Both the position numbers and the translations under genes were made by a program. Positions 12,301-25,900 of a stretch of DNA of 64,000 nt are shown here, in pieces. Each line of letters opens with the position of its first letter. The first letter of the stretch is position 1. The stretch comes from Marsupella aquatica (Eukaryota > Plantae > Marchantiophyta), in assembly GCA_973895155.1 (NCBI GenBank), contig OZ316893.1, positions 18,976,857-19,040,856 of the forward strand, given 5' to 3'. The notes under the pieces were generated by a model. The model did not search any database. It was not told the origin of the DNA and saw only the letters and a program-made list of their open reading frames with translations.

Positions 12301-14054
12301 CTAGTGTCCAAGTCTGAATCATCTTGCTCTTTGTCTGAAGGTGATGCCTCACCAGGAATGGATTTGTCATTATTTGGATTGGATGATGATGCACCACAAA
12401 ATGGCTGCAAGAAAAAAATACAAACATGGGTCGACAATACTAAATCATGATGTAGTAAAGACAAAACCTCTAAACTTTGGATAACCCTAATTTTTTTAAT
12501 ACATCAAAAAGAAGAGATGTTGAAAGAGATTTACTCGAATGAAAACCTAGAAAAACAAGGATTAGTGAAAGACTAGAATGAAAAATGGTATTAAAAATAC
12601 CTTGGCAATGATCCCAAATTTTCCAAGTCATCTTCATCAGCAAGGTGTTCATTATTTATCCATCCAAAGTCATTAGGGCCCTCAAATGCTGTTACTTCCT
12701 CTTGAGAATGTCGACAACGCCCGCTAATAGCAACAGAGATTTGCATGGACATACCATCCATGAGCCAAGCCATCAACTTCCCATGGGACCATTTGAGGGC
12801 ACCTTGTAAGGCATGGTATGTACATATATGACTTCCAGGAAGCCTACATCGAAGACTGCCCCCAACTTGGTGATAATCCCTCCTGTGTGGTTGACGGACC
12901 ATTTGTCCTACTCTGGCAACCAAAACAATAGTGACAACAACAAGTTTTTGCTAATTAGAGGTCCTTATATTTGTCTAGTACCTCAAACATCATGCTTCAA
13001 GTCTAGAATGCACTTGTGGATGAAGATGCAAGAGTTTAGTTAGTAGGTTCATACCTTCCTTCACAACAAATGCAAATGCCTTGTATTTGATCCAAGTGAG
13101 TGCCTTGCTACACGACAAGTACGAAAACAAAAGTGGGTCATCTCCCTCACCCAATCTACATTTGACCCGCATGAGTGGCCTGACTTTTGGCAGGTTATAA
13201 AAATGAATTGGTGAGACTATCATCCTCTACGAAGGGTGAAGGCTAGTTCCCTTTCCATTCCATCATCGTTGTCAATTGTGACATGAAGCTGCTACCGTGT
13301 GGTAAACCATGTCGTCCTACCCCTACCCTGTACGTTTTGTGTAAACTGAGAACATAGAACTAGCCGACTGTCATTCAATGTAAAGGATCTTGGCCCTACC
13401 ATGTCATTTTGTGTAAACCAATAATTGCACCAAAGAACTAGCCAACTCATCAAAGTGTTGAAGTGCATGGTGCAAAGAAGGAGAAGCATTGTCGATTCAC
13501 AATTCTCACAAACATTGTGTTTCTTAGGCAGGATGGACAAAGAAGATTACAATAGTTTGGCTACTCTGCTCAGCCGATTGCTTTCCCCTATCGTAGAGGT
13601 AGGATACTGAGTATGAATCAAAGTTTCATGGGGCTACTCTGCTCACCAACATACTAATGTGTTTCTAGACAATGTTGCAGCCCTGGTAAAGCTATTGGAT
13701 CTTCTGCACAACAATGTGCGAACATCATTGCTGCATGTAAATCAGCAAAGACGGAAATCAAACATGATGTTGCCAGTAATGACTCAAGAGAGTGACAACT
13801 TGATGTGCAATCGTAGCTTATAATAGAGTAATCAATGTAGTTGGTGGCTCATTGAAATGGCAGAAATTTAACAAGTTTTAGATCAGGGAAATCTCTAAGT
13901 TAATGACAGAGTTAGGGTTAAGTAGAAGTTAGGTTATCAGGGCCACTAGTACTTAAACCATGTAAAACTGATGATAGCTTCATTTTGTGTAGTCAAAGCT
14001 TAATTTTGGTCAGGCGACAGTTTGGTAGAGATGGATCAATCATGAGTCATTAGT

Positions 14055-14501
14055 TTGTTGGGAGTCACTATTGCAGCAATTTGGGGCATGCACAACAACA
14101 ACCTAGTTTATAAGGGATGCGATATCATGTTGGAAGATGGAAAGCTATGTGCTCTGGGGCCAAGTGCTCAAAAGGCTAGACTGAGTAGAGAGGAACAAAA
14201 TGTAGGGTTGCCAATGCGGAATTGGGTGAATCATTTTTGTCGACCAGTAGGTTCAAGACAATATATTTACAATTTCTTTGTGCAAATCAATGATAATGTC
14301 TATCAAGTGTGGGAAGAAGTTGGCTATCAATTGTTTGGAGTTACTGGGCATGAGTTTCTTATACAAGTTAGTGCACAGGAAAGAAATTGCTATCGTGTCA
14401 TCAATAATTGTTGGGCAGTGAGAATTGTGGAGAACAAGAGAAAGAAGACTAAACAAATATTAGGGTTTCGGAAGATGAGAACCAACCCATGCAACCTATA
14501 A
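14055..14501 (+). CDS. Divergent RPA70 C-terminal OB-fold-like ORF (possible Helitron cargo)
   Basis: YKGCDIMLEDGKLC...QYIYNFFVQIND...WEEVGYQLFGVTGHEF resembles the RPA1 DBD-C pattern YxACxxxxxxxxC...YRYILQxQIQD...FQExGEEIMGxxAxxL. Recognised by eye only. Confidence 0.4.
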   Translation: MLGVTIAAIWGMHNNNLVYKGCDIMLEDGKLCALGPSAQKARLSREEQNVGLPMRNWVNHFCRPVGSRQYIYNFFVQINDNVYQVWEEVGYQLFGVTGHEFLIQVSAQERNCYRVINNCWAVRIVENKRKKTKQILGFRKMRTNPCNL

Positions 14502-14653
14502 ACAAACAGGGGAAGGAACCAGAGAAACAAGAGTGGAACAAGTGGAGGCAGCATTGCAACCACTTACTCTTGGAGCCGTGGGAACAGAGGATGAAATCGG
14601 AAATGACAACTCAGGAGCAAGATTAACTGAAGAACGACCAGTAAGGAGATGAA

Positions 14654-16133
14654 TCGCGGAACACGACTACCTTAACACTTAGCTCCGGCGTCGCTGACTC
14701 CGACGCCGAGCTCCCTTATGGTCCAGGCCCGGATAGGTCATTTGGGGAGGACTTAGCATGGGGAGACTTGTGGGCAATGAGACATGGCACTAGCGAGGCA
14801 AGGAGCCAAGCTGGGGACACACACTAAGGACTTGGACTAGCTGATAGCTGGTCAAGTCAAGGGGAAATGGGCCAGGCTCAAGGATGGCCGTCCGGACCTC
14901 CGGATGGACTGTGAGTTTTGAGAGCTTGAGTGTGAGCTCCTCTTGGGCCCAAGGCCAATGGAGTTGACGCCATGGGCAACGGACGCTTGGGGCGCAAGTT
15001 ATGGGCCGATCTGGGTTGGGCCGGCTAGGGGCCTTGAGCAATGATGGGATCTGAGGGCCTAGGCATGAGCACTGGGTCGGCCCGATCACAACGGGCTAAG
15101 GCACTCCACTTGCGGATGCCTAACGGGAAAGTTATGGGCGTTGCCAGTTGGTGGTGCGCCCATTATGCGCGATAGGATCCGGGTTGGGGGCCAAATGTTT
15201 AGAGACCAAAGCTGGTCCGGGGGTGGCAGGTCTCCAAAAGCATATATGAGGGGAGTGGTGTCTCCTTGGGGGCTAAGGGCGAGCCGAAGTCGTGACCCGT
15301 GGCGGTCGCGACACTAAGGAAAACCGCCAAACGGAAATGACAATATCTTCCCAATGGGAAGTTCGTTGGAGGACTTCTTGGGTGCGTTGGAAAGCTCTTG
15401 AGGAGGACTACGCCCTCTTGAGCTTAGCTAGGTCTGAGGGCGCCGTGGGTTCTCGTGGTTTGCGGGTGTTAGCTCGCCCGCTTGCCAAATCATGTCGAAC
15501 AGCAGCCAAGCCGCGTTCAGTCTCCCAAGGGAGCTTGCATTGGGGAGGCAAGGCCAAGTAGGTGTGGAGGCTGAGTTCCAAGGGTGCTCGGCCCCAAGAC
15601 CATCAGTGGGGTGAACCAAGGGTTGGTTGCTTGAGGCGGGACCATTTTGGTCCCAACGTGTTGGGACAAGCTTAGAACAAGCTACGCTAACTGGGCCATG
15701 AGCATATCCTGAGGTCAGGGCGGTCAGTTGGTGATGGATAGGTACAAGGGGAACCTGGGCCGCGCCCAAGGAAGGAGTTGTTCTGGACGAACAGTGGGCG
15801 TGGGTTCTGGTTCCGGCTTATGGCATCGGGAGGACCTATCGCTGACCTATTTACCAATGTCTGTTGAGCTTGAGTTAGGATACTAGACTAGGCGAGTTCT
15901 AGATCCTGAAGGGTTACTTACCAAGGTGCTTGGTTGCTTGTGCAGACAGTGAGGACCGTTGAGTAGCGGTCGTGTAGGTGAGCAAATGTGGTTTCATATG
16001 GGAGGGGTCGTTGGCGGTGCAAGGGGCACTAGGGTGCTTGCTCGAGGTATTCCGTGGAGGCGTTCGGGCACTAGGGGCACTTAGGCGCAAGTGCTGGGAT
16101 TGGTGAGGGCGCTGGGTGGCAAGGTCCACCACT
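14654..16133 (+). mobile_element. 1.5-kb GC-rich non-coding element, copy B
   Basis: Inverted homologue of 1908-3414. It begins TCGCGGAAC and ends GGTGGCAAGGTCCACCACT. Its flanks are unrelated to those of copy A. Confidence 0.8.
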
Positions 16134-16752
16134 AGATGCATGCACTATCCAGTAGCAAGTAACAGTTAGGAGTTACTTGTCTTAATAGACAAGCAGAACA
16201 TGTGACAATTAACAAGTAGCCTTAGTTAAATAAACGGTTTCAGAAACAGAATAAGTAGTTTGGCAGTTACAACTGCTGATAGTTAGGAGAAGTTAGGAAA
16301 ACCTGTTTGTATGAAGGATATAGGGTAGTAGAGTTGGAGTGAGAAGGGTTTTTTTGTTGTGGAAACTTTCAAGATCGGGAGGCTAGGGAGGCAGCCCAAG
16401 AAGAGGTAGTGTCGAATTGCTAGACCTGGAGGTAGAGAGATGGAAGCCCATGGAAGAAAACCATGTAAAAGAAATTGAAGTGATCATTAAATGAGAGATG
16501 AAATCGAGACCTATTGGTAGAATGACAAGACGCCACCACTAAATAAGCACTACCGAGGCGTCCACTACCCAGGTGACGTCAACACCGACGCTAACTCACC
16601 CATCCAACAGACCTTGATGCTTTGAAAGGCGGAAGAGACGTTGTTGAAAAAGAAAGATCAAATTTTTGAAGACGCTTTCTGAAGTGTCCACTCAAATCCA
16701 ACACTTAGAAACATTTTCTGGATTTTCTCTTTTTGTAACACTATGACGCTTT

Positions 16753-17086
16753 TGTTAAGGATTGCTCTTAGTCTTGTGACTCATAGATTACGACACTTAG
16801 GCTAATCATAGTTAGGGTCTTAGCTGAGGTTAGGTTAGTTGTGTGTGACCTTGAATATACCAGGGCTAGTGTAAGCCGCTAGGGTGTAGTGCTTGCTCAT
16901 TGTAACGAAGCAACTGGAGGAAGAGAGAGAGTCTGTGTGTCCGACTACTCTGAAGTAAAGTTGTTGTGTTCGTGTGGACGTAGCCTTGAAGAAGAGGTGA
17001 ACCACGTATGGATTGTGTCGACTACGTGAGCATGTCACGACGAGTCATGATTGTATCATCATGAAAGAAGATGTCATAGCTCAACA
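16753..17086 (+). repeat. Copia 5' LTR
   Basis: TGTTAAGG...CTCAACA. Direct repeat of 58905-59238 with about 25 substitutions and two 3-bp indels by manual count. Confidence 0.95.
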
Positions 17087-17088
17087 AT

Positions 17089-17099
17089 TGGTATCAGAG
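17089..17099 (+). promoter_or_regulatory. Primer-binding site, tRNA-iMet
   Basis: TGGTATCAGAG lies 2 nt after the LTR end. Confidence 0.95.
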
Positions 17100-18781
17100 A
17101 AATCTTGGGAGGTGACGCTAAGGTGACAATAGGTTTTTTCGTGATGGTTTTTCCACCGATTAGTGTCGGTTGATTTCACGGAGTTCCGTCGCATAGAACT
17201 TGGAGGTGTTGGGCTCATCCGATAGATTGGGGCAAGGGCTATCTAATGGTGCAAAGGAATCTTTGAACGGAGTTTGTGGTATTGAGGAATTCATGTTTCT
17301 GTCATTCTGGATTTTTTTGTGATTCGTGTTTGACGGTTTTCTTTGATGGTTTTGTTGGGGGTGACTTGAGATTGTTTACTCGATGGTGTGAGCTTTGTGA
17401 TGCACAAGGTGTCGCATACTATATCTCAAATTGTAGATCGGGCAAAGCTGATCATTTTGGTATCTGGTGTGGTACAGGTGACAGAGTCATTTCTGGCTTT
17501 TTCATGGCTATAGAGACATAGCCTTGGCTGAAGCGGGTTTCTTGACGTCACGCTTGGCTTGGGGGGAGAAACGCAAAGTGCTACGGCTTAACAGAGAGAT
17601 TGCAATGAGGTGGTTGTCTTGAGTCCGGGATTGGTGCTTGATGCGGAGTAAGTGTGATGCAATGGAAGTTTTTTCTCTGCTATGCTTGGAGACGATGCCG
17701 GTGTAATTCGACAACTTTTTCCCATCAGTGGCGTTCACTTTCCTTGTGTAATCAACAACTCTTTAAGGTGTGTTCTCGGGCAAAATCATTTTGGGGGCCG
17801 TTATTTGGTTTTAAAGGGGTTAGAAAAACACCATACCCCCTCCCAACCCCAACGACCACCTCCTCCCCTCCTCCACGCAACTACGCACGCCGCGGCCGTG
17901 GCCATCCCACCGGCAGGCGGCTTTTTCCTATCGCACACCGCAAACCAGCCCTCTGGCTGTCCGTAAGTCACAGTAGTGACTAAGTTCCCCCCCCATCCTT
18001 TGCATCCCGTTCACCCCAACCCTATTTTTACTTGGCTGTCACTTTGCGGCATACGTTTGCATTCCCGACCAACCCTCCTCATTGGTACGCAGTCATTGCG
18101 GCTGCCAATACGCCCTCCTCACGCACTTGTAATGGCCTGGCCCGTCACGCATTTGGGCGACTCGTGTGCGCCTTTTATACATGTATTTTTTGCTAAGGGG
18201 CTTAGCACCCCCTTTAGGGCAGGTTTTAGTTTTTACCCTCCCTCTCCTCATTGGTTCTGCCGCCTCCCGAGAGTAGTGACCCTTGAATTTAACCGCTTGG
18301 ATATGGGGAATGGCCCCTTGTGAGACCTGTTGCATAGTTGGAGAATATTCCAAAAATACAGAGAGCATGTTTTCGGCCGTTCATAAAATCTTTTGATTGG
18401 AAGACGGTAACTTTTTGGATTCTTTTTTGGCAAGGTCGTAGCCACTGAAGCTAGCAACGCAATGGACCAATCAATTTACATTTCCGATGATGGGTGTTAC
18501 TTGCCATTTTGGTTATTCCCTAAGGTGGTCAAAATGGGAGAGAAATTTTGAGTTTTACCCACCCCAATCAAAATATGAAAAAAATTGATTGTCGAAACTC
18601 AATTTTGATTTCAGATTTCAGCGTTGGTTTTCTAGGCTAGTGGGCTACATGGCGATGACAAGTTTCAAGTTTTTTGAGAAGTTGCAAAAAAAGACATTTT
18701 TTATGATTTTGAGTTGAGTCACCGGGACGAAAGAAAGGAAAAAGCGACAAAAGGATATAGGAAGCAACGTAGCAATAGCAC

Positions 18782-18812
18782 ATGGAGAATGTTGGAAGGA
18801 CAGAGATGATAT
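18782..18812 (+). pseudogene. gag: Copia gag N-terminus, interrupted by CACTA copy 1
   Basis: Removing 18813-35367 restores MENVGRTEMILKLGGVKFEVEKYDGRNNYLLWEK. Confidence 0.85.
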
Positions 18813-19150
18813 CACTAGTAGAAACCGGGGGGTATTTAGACCCCATTAAACGACTATTCAGTACCGTATAGGACTTGGAAACGACTGGGAAGGACTCTAG
18901 TCCTTTATAGGACTGCGAGTCGTATGTTTTGTTACTATAATCAACTGAGTCCTTTATAGAACTGGTTTATAAGTCGTTTAATAGACTGGATTTTCAGTCT
19001 ATTTTAGTCTTTGTGTGGGTAGCTTTGGTGAGTCATTTTTAGTCTTTTATGGGCTGCGATGATGAGTCGTTGGGAACGACTAAAAAGGTTATGGAGGTAG
19101 TCTTTAAATATACTTTGTGGGGTATGTATAAGTCATTTATGTCAACTGGA
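18813..19150. repeat. CACTA subterminal repeat region (putative TnpA binding sites)
   Basis: Many direct and inverted (A/G)(A/C/G)GACT and AGTC(G/C/T)TTT motifs. Mirrored at about 56550-56885 and, more briefly, at the other ends. Confidence 0.75.
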
Positions 19151-19637
19151 TATGAGTGATGAAGACCCCACTATACTACTTGGAATGAACCCACTCTTGT
19201 GCACAAATAACATATTGCATTCATGTTTTATTGTGTACTTGGAATGAACTCACTCTATAAGTTCACCATTCATCATGTTAACATTAGAATACATAGTTTC
19301 AGAAAGCCATCTTCTATACCATGTACACTAATATGAATTCACAGATTCAAACTTCATAGACTACAAAGAAGGTCACAAAGTATTCCTCTATACCATACAC
19401 ACTAATACTGAAATGATAAAATAGATTCAAGTATCATAGACAATCACCATAGAGCCATAGTTTGACATCAATCACTTGTTTCATACATACAGAATTCAGA
19501 AATATCAATGTCACACACAACGTCTCCTTCATCCTCTTTACCAAATGGAAAAATTGGTACAGATATTTCTTGGATCTTTCCAAGGCAATGTCAAAATGTG
19601 ACACAATTCACATGATGCTATCTACACTTGCATTCAG

Positions 19638-22600
19638 TCACTGCAGACTAACACACTCTGATGGCCAGAGCACAAGAGATCCTACTGCATCTGCAATTAT
19701 TTCCTGAGGTGGATCATCGTCTCTATTCGGAAATGGCAAATTACAATCAGATACAATCACTGTAGTCAACAACACTACTACATGGTCATCCGGGACCACT
19801 TTGCCATGGAATTTTGCATGATCTGGTCGCAAAATGCCTGTACCCACACATACCTGCGAGTCATCCTCCCATGATAGAAGATTATGGACTGGCTCTGCTG
19901 TGGCTATCACCTCCACCTTACCCTGGCTGTTTTTCTTGGCTTTCCTGGGTGGCTTATACATGACATTATTCATACCTTGGTTGCGAGTCATGACTTTGGC
20001 ACGAGTGTTTTGTGCTGGTGATCGAGAATTGGCTACACTCTTCTTCAAAGAATCTGCATCCATATTTGACACTTCTGATTGTGTAGCAGGATTTCCCTGT
20101 GACATCATCTCAGTATCTGCCAACATTGTACTTGCTTCAATTGAAGCATCTACAATCTTACTTGCATCCAATGTTGCTCCCAAGTTTCAACGTCGCTTCA
20201 CCCTACTCCCACTTGGTTGAGAGTCTGTCAACTCTGCATCAACTACAATTCAGTGTCATGTCCAACATAAGTCAATCACTCATCACATGTGCTAAATGTA
20301 CATGTCATCAACCACAAAGTTGTCACTATCTCCTTACCATTATGAACAGCCTTCTTCCCCTTCTTTGCCATTGCCATATGCTCCATGTCTGCTTCTGTTG
20401 ATCAATAAACACACCACAATATTCAGGTTGAATCTATTAACCACTGAATTGTTGCTCAACATTCATATAGAGGAATTTAAAGCATCAGCTTACCTGATAC
20501 CTCCTTGGCTATGGTCACTGAGGCACTGGGCACATCTTCTTCATTATTGCTCTTTGAATCACCTGATACATCAATCATGATGTCACTTCAGATCCCAGTT
20601 CATCCAACCAGTTCTTACAGAAAAGATTACCTCCAACCGGCTTAAGCTTCACAAAACTCCATGCACTTTTCAAATGTAATGTATTGGATCATAGCAGGTT
20701 ACCTGTCTCAGCAACCTTCTTGCCCTTCTGCTTACTGATTACAGGGTCCTTCTCTGCCTCCACTCTTCCTGCATTCAAACCATTCACTCAATTCATGAAA
20801 ACTTACTTCTAACATTTGAACATAGGACACAATGAACAATGGGCCGGTGTCATTTCCATACCTGTGTCAGATTTGCCAATTCCCTTTTTTGTTAACAAGG
20901 GCACACTTTGTACAATGTTGCCCTCATTGTTTGGTTGGGAACCACCCAATTTTTCAATCACAAGCTTGAAATTAGATTCCACTGATGCAAGAAGGTTCGC
21001 TACAGATGCCTCCACAATATCCAAACGATCAGCCAATTTACTTTCCACTCGAGGGAGTCCACACTCTAATGACTTCAACCGTTCACACATCTCTGTGAGA
21101 GTTGTAACAGTTCCCTGTCATAACACAGCTTACATATCTCAGATAACTGTCCCCAAGAACTGGTTGCTTACTTCCTACTACATTTCTTTCTGATGCTCAA
21201 GGCCAAATAGTCACAGAACATACAGAATTACAACATAATCACCTGTTTGGAAGTTACACTTGTCACCTCACTCCTTTGTTTCATGAACTCCTCTCTCACT
21301 TCTTGTGCTGATGGTTCTTCACCTGTCAATTTCTTCTGCAGTCCACATCAACATACATATGAATGAAACCAAGTGTTGATTGTCAATGAAAATGTAATAA
21401 TGGTAGCAAGATGATAAGTTTGAGCCTTACTATCAGGCATGTCACTGCCTTACCAATTGTTCTTTCACTGGAGCATAACTTCCTCTCCCAGCCTGTGAAA
21501 GGTGTTTCACTTTGCCTCGAGCATTTGACATCAGTTCACTCTTGCTCTGTCCAGCCTCCGACATGAACCCTTTGATTAACCGTGTCCATTGATCCAGTTC
21601 CAATGATGGGGGTGGTGGCATTCTCCTGTTAGAACCATTGTCTATCCACATCCTTTTCAACCTATGCCTCTCTTGTTTCAAAATCCTCATTGCATAATCT
21701 GATATGCAATCTTCAACTGGGCCCTTACCATCATTACCAACATACTCCCACCGTTCAAGAATGTCCTTGCAGATAGCAGCCCAATCAGCTTTGTTCTGAC
21801 TCCTAAACTCTGTAATGCTCAAATCTAACCAATGCAATACTTCTCCTCTTAGGTCAGAATGCCAACGGTTCTTACCATCACATGTGGGAGTTATCCAACC
21901 TTCGGAATTCACTTCTACTTTACCAAATTTGTTACTGTCTCCTGCCTTGGTACTCCCTGAAGCGCTACTAGGTGTCCCTCCACGGCCTGGTGTCCCCCCA
22001 CGGCCTGGGGTCCCTCCACGGCCTGATCTCCCCCCACGGCCTGGATTGCATTGTCCAAACCTCCCTGGAGTCCCTGCACATTTACAGGATCCATTTATAG
22101 TCACTTACATTAGGTAAGTATGAATCATAAATCCCGCTGCCAAATATACAGTGGACTTCAGAGCAATTCTGCAATGACCAAGTTACCTCTCCCTTGGCGC
22201 ATAGATGGTTCTGGACCACCTGTCCTATTGCTTTGTCTTGATGAATTAGGGGCGTTTCTCCCGCCTGTGAATGATTGCCTCCTATCTGAACGTGGATGGC
22301 CTTTGTTGTTTTCATGATTGTCCCAATCAGAGTCTGCATACCAACAGGTACATGCCACACTCATGGACCTGTAAGATAAACTCTTTGCCCTAGCTACACA
22401 TCAGATAAGTGCATATTGAGCTAAATCTCTACTACCATCACAAAATCACTAGCACAAGGCACTTACTTGTCCAATCATCCTCCTCACCTTTCCATTGCCC
22501 TCTGTACCCGTCTCTACCACGCTCTGGGTGTTCATATTCATCCCATCCATCTTCTGCTCCATCATAGTCATCATCATAATCATCAGGCGTCCCTTGCCAA

Positions 22601-22809
22601 TAACTCTGGCTCCTTCTAGGGTATGGATTATGTGATTTCTCTCTAGCTGCCCACCTACCTGGGACTTGATGAGGGCCCTGTGCATCTTGCACAGGTGCAT
22701 TTTTCTGTGAGCCCCCTGCATCTGGGTCTCCATCCATATCCAATCTTTCCTCTTCACCCCACTCTCCAAGCCCCATGTCTGTCTCCATGTCATCACCCTC
22801 TTCCCCCAT
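19638..22809 (-). pseudogene. tnpA: CACTA TnpA-like multi-exon gene, copy 1
   Basis: Exons include WHSDLRGEV...QWTRLIKGFMSEAGQSKSELMSNARGKV (Ptta/En/Spm, Transposase_24-like) and C-terminal VGTG...FHGKVVPDDHVVVLL...LPFP...IADAVGSLVLWP (Tnp1-like). There is a CGA>TGA stop near 20188. Exon boundaries are approximate. Confidence 0.75.
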
Positions 22810-22986
22810 AGCTTCTGCACAGCACCCACAACCAAACAGGGAGAATCAGCACACTAAATTCAAAGTATCAATCAATTTCATGCATATCCAACTATCCTAA
22901 ACATCATTCCAGGCAGCAATTCCCGTTATGTGACTCTGTGCAGGTAGTCATCCTCAACCTCATACTTGCCAATCGCCAGCTGTTGC

Positions 22987-25900
22987 CTATTGCAAATCAT
23001 CAACCTCATCATATTCCATTTGCCCAGGTTCATCATATGTCTCTCTCAATGTTAAGGGGATGTAGTCAGTCCCTGCCCGAGTTGGAAGTACAGTCTCATG
23101 ACTAGGATGCTCGAATGCAGCATGGTCATCCAAACTGAACTCTACTTTACTTCCATCCATCCGCCTGTTCCGTGCTTGGCTATGGCATACCACCCTCTAG
23201 CCATGTGACTCCTCCACATCTGCAAAGAAAGCCTGTTCAACTTGGCTAGGGAAAACAAAAGGCTCAGACCATTCTGGTACTCTGGACCTAAAATTGGCCA
23301 ACAAGAACCCATCATGATCACGCTTCATGGTGGCCCTTGGTCTCTGCCACTCTGATTTCACCCATGATCCCTTCATCAATATCACTGGGACACTTGTGTT
23401 ACCATAATTCAACACCCAAATGTTGGTCAACTCCCCCACGTAACCCATCTTCATCCACCCCCTCTGTTCTTCAGAGGTTCTCTGCTCAAACACAGAAATC
23501 AAACCACAATCATATGATACACAATGGTCACCCTGCTCATCCCTCACTCGATAATGATTTCCATAAGCTCTCATCCGTTTGTAGGTCAGAATAGACAATC
23601 GTGGTGGCACAGATAGAAGATACAAATCCTTCTCCATATCTGGGTGATGTCTACTATGCTCTCGAATTGTCACCCGAATCCACTGCTCGAAGTGTGGGAA
23701 GGGATCCTGCTGCCCAGAGTGTGCAGCTTTTTGCATATCATATTCCCTGCATTATGAGGTACAAGCATAGTTAGGTCTAAACAACACATGACAACCTAAG
23801 ATCACCCTTGGAACAGACAAGAAGCATCACAACAAAGGCAAGTCAATTCAATCACTCACCTCTACCATGGTTGCATAGGCTCTGTGTTTGCCAGCACATA
23901 TGAATGAGCCTTGTCTCGAATCGCAACAGGCAGCTGAACAGCACGTCCCACACCTTCAACAACCTCGCCACTCACTCCATCATCTTCACCAGATTTCCAA
24001 ACTCTTGTCATAGCTTCACCAGACCCAGCCATGTACTCTGTTAGGAATCCCAACGTCTCATCCTTAATGTACCCCAATGCCATGGAAGCCTCTGGCCTAT
24101 AGTATGTTCTCACATGACCTTTCAACAACTTCATGTATCGCTCCATAGGGTACATCCATCTGGTACTGACTGGCCCATACTGCCCTAGCTCTTCTACCAC
24201 ATGGATTAGGAGATGAGTCATAACATCAAAGAAAGCAGGGGGGAAGTATATCTCCAAGTCACAGAGGACATAAGCAGCATCCTGCTTCAACTGCTCCAAT
24301 CCTTGGGGATCCCACACTTTCACACATATACGGCGAAATACATTGCACAGTCGAAGAATGACATTACGGACTGGTTTCTGCATGAGACCTCTGAGGCATA
24401 GGGGCAGAATGTGCTGCATCAACACATGGTAGTCATGTGTTTTCATACTGCCAAGTTTATTCTTTGTAATATGCTTCTTGAAGGCACCAGCATAGCCAGA
24501 GGGCACTTTCAGACAGCTCAATCTATACAAGAATGTCTTCCATTCATCCTGTGTGCACACATAGGGAGCTTGGAACTTGAGAAGTACATTGGGATTGCTT
24601 GCATGGGGCTTCAACCAAAGGTGAGGGCGAATCCCCTTCTATTGCATATCAGCTCGAACTGCTCCTGTATCTTTCTCACCCGACAAGAACTTCAGCAAGC
24701 TCTCACAAATATTTTTCTCAATGTGCATGACGTCCACATTGTGTTTGCTGGGCTCGAATTCCTGCACTCCACAAAGCAAAGAATTCAACAACAGAAACAC
24801 TAATTAACCACATAGGAGGATTGTAACCAACATCAATCCACCATTGCTCCAATCTAAAATTGCAATCATACAGGGGCTGGAGGCTAAGTACATTACCCTC
24901 CAGTACTCCAACTCCAAGTCCATCAAGGTCTGTCTTCTCACACCGTGTTTCACCACTGGATCCTCAGGTTCTCGATCAGTGGCACTTCTCTTGTCCCAAT
25001 CAGCCTTCCTGGCTGCCCACCTCAGGACTTGCTCTCTGGTGACCCTCTGTGGTGGGCCACGAAGCTCTGTTTTGTTGTTGAAGTGTGCAATTTGAGACCG
25101 TGTGTGCCTGTAAGGATGATCAACAGGCAGATACCTTCTATGCCCCTGAAATTTCATACTGTGCAGGGCATGCGACCACTCACTTGTCACATTTTTCCCA
25201 CATGGTGTGCACCCCACATAGCCCTTTGTCACTCATCCAGATATGATGCCATGGCCTGGGTAATCTGCTATATCCAGCAAACAAATTGCATGCAGTCTAA
25301 AGGGGCTGGGTCGAAGAAGCCCCTTCAGAACATCATGGGTTAACACCCCTTCTATCCACAAAGTCTTCCACTCTTCCACTGCTGGAGCCAACATGATATC
25401 TATGAATTGCTCGGTCACACAAGCTGGTCCAGGGATTAACAGCACCATCATGACAAAAAACCTCTTTGTAGTCATCCATGGGGGAAGGTTGTAATTTAGC
25501 AGCGTAACCGGCCAACATGAATAACGGTTGTTTTTGTCTCCAAATGGGTTTACTCCATCCAGTGATAGACCAAATCGAAAGTTCCGCTTCTCTGCAGCAA
25601 ACTGTGGCCACCTCTCATCAACAAATTTCCAATGGTTGGAATCTCCAATGTGACGCTGCAGGCCATCACTGCTCTTGTTATCAGGAGTCCATGTCATCAG
25701 CTTGGAAATGGCAGGGCATCTAAACAGACGTTGTAGTCTAGGAATGAGAGGAAAATGACGAAGAACCTTGGCAGGGTGTGTACATTTCCCTACATTCTTG
25801 TACCTGTGCTTACCACAATGAGGGCATGTCAATTTATCTGCATGCTCTTTGCGAAAGAGAACACACCCATCAAGGCATGCGTCAATAGACACATAGTTCA

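Noticed and set aside
17750-18636. Possible extra DNA-transposon insertion in the long copia 5' UTR
   Set aside because: The composition shifts, but I found no convincing TIR pair or TSD.
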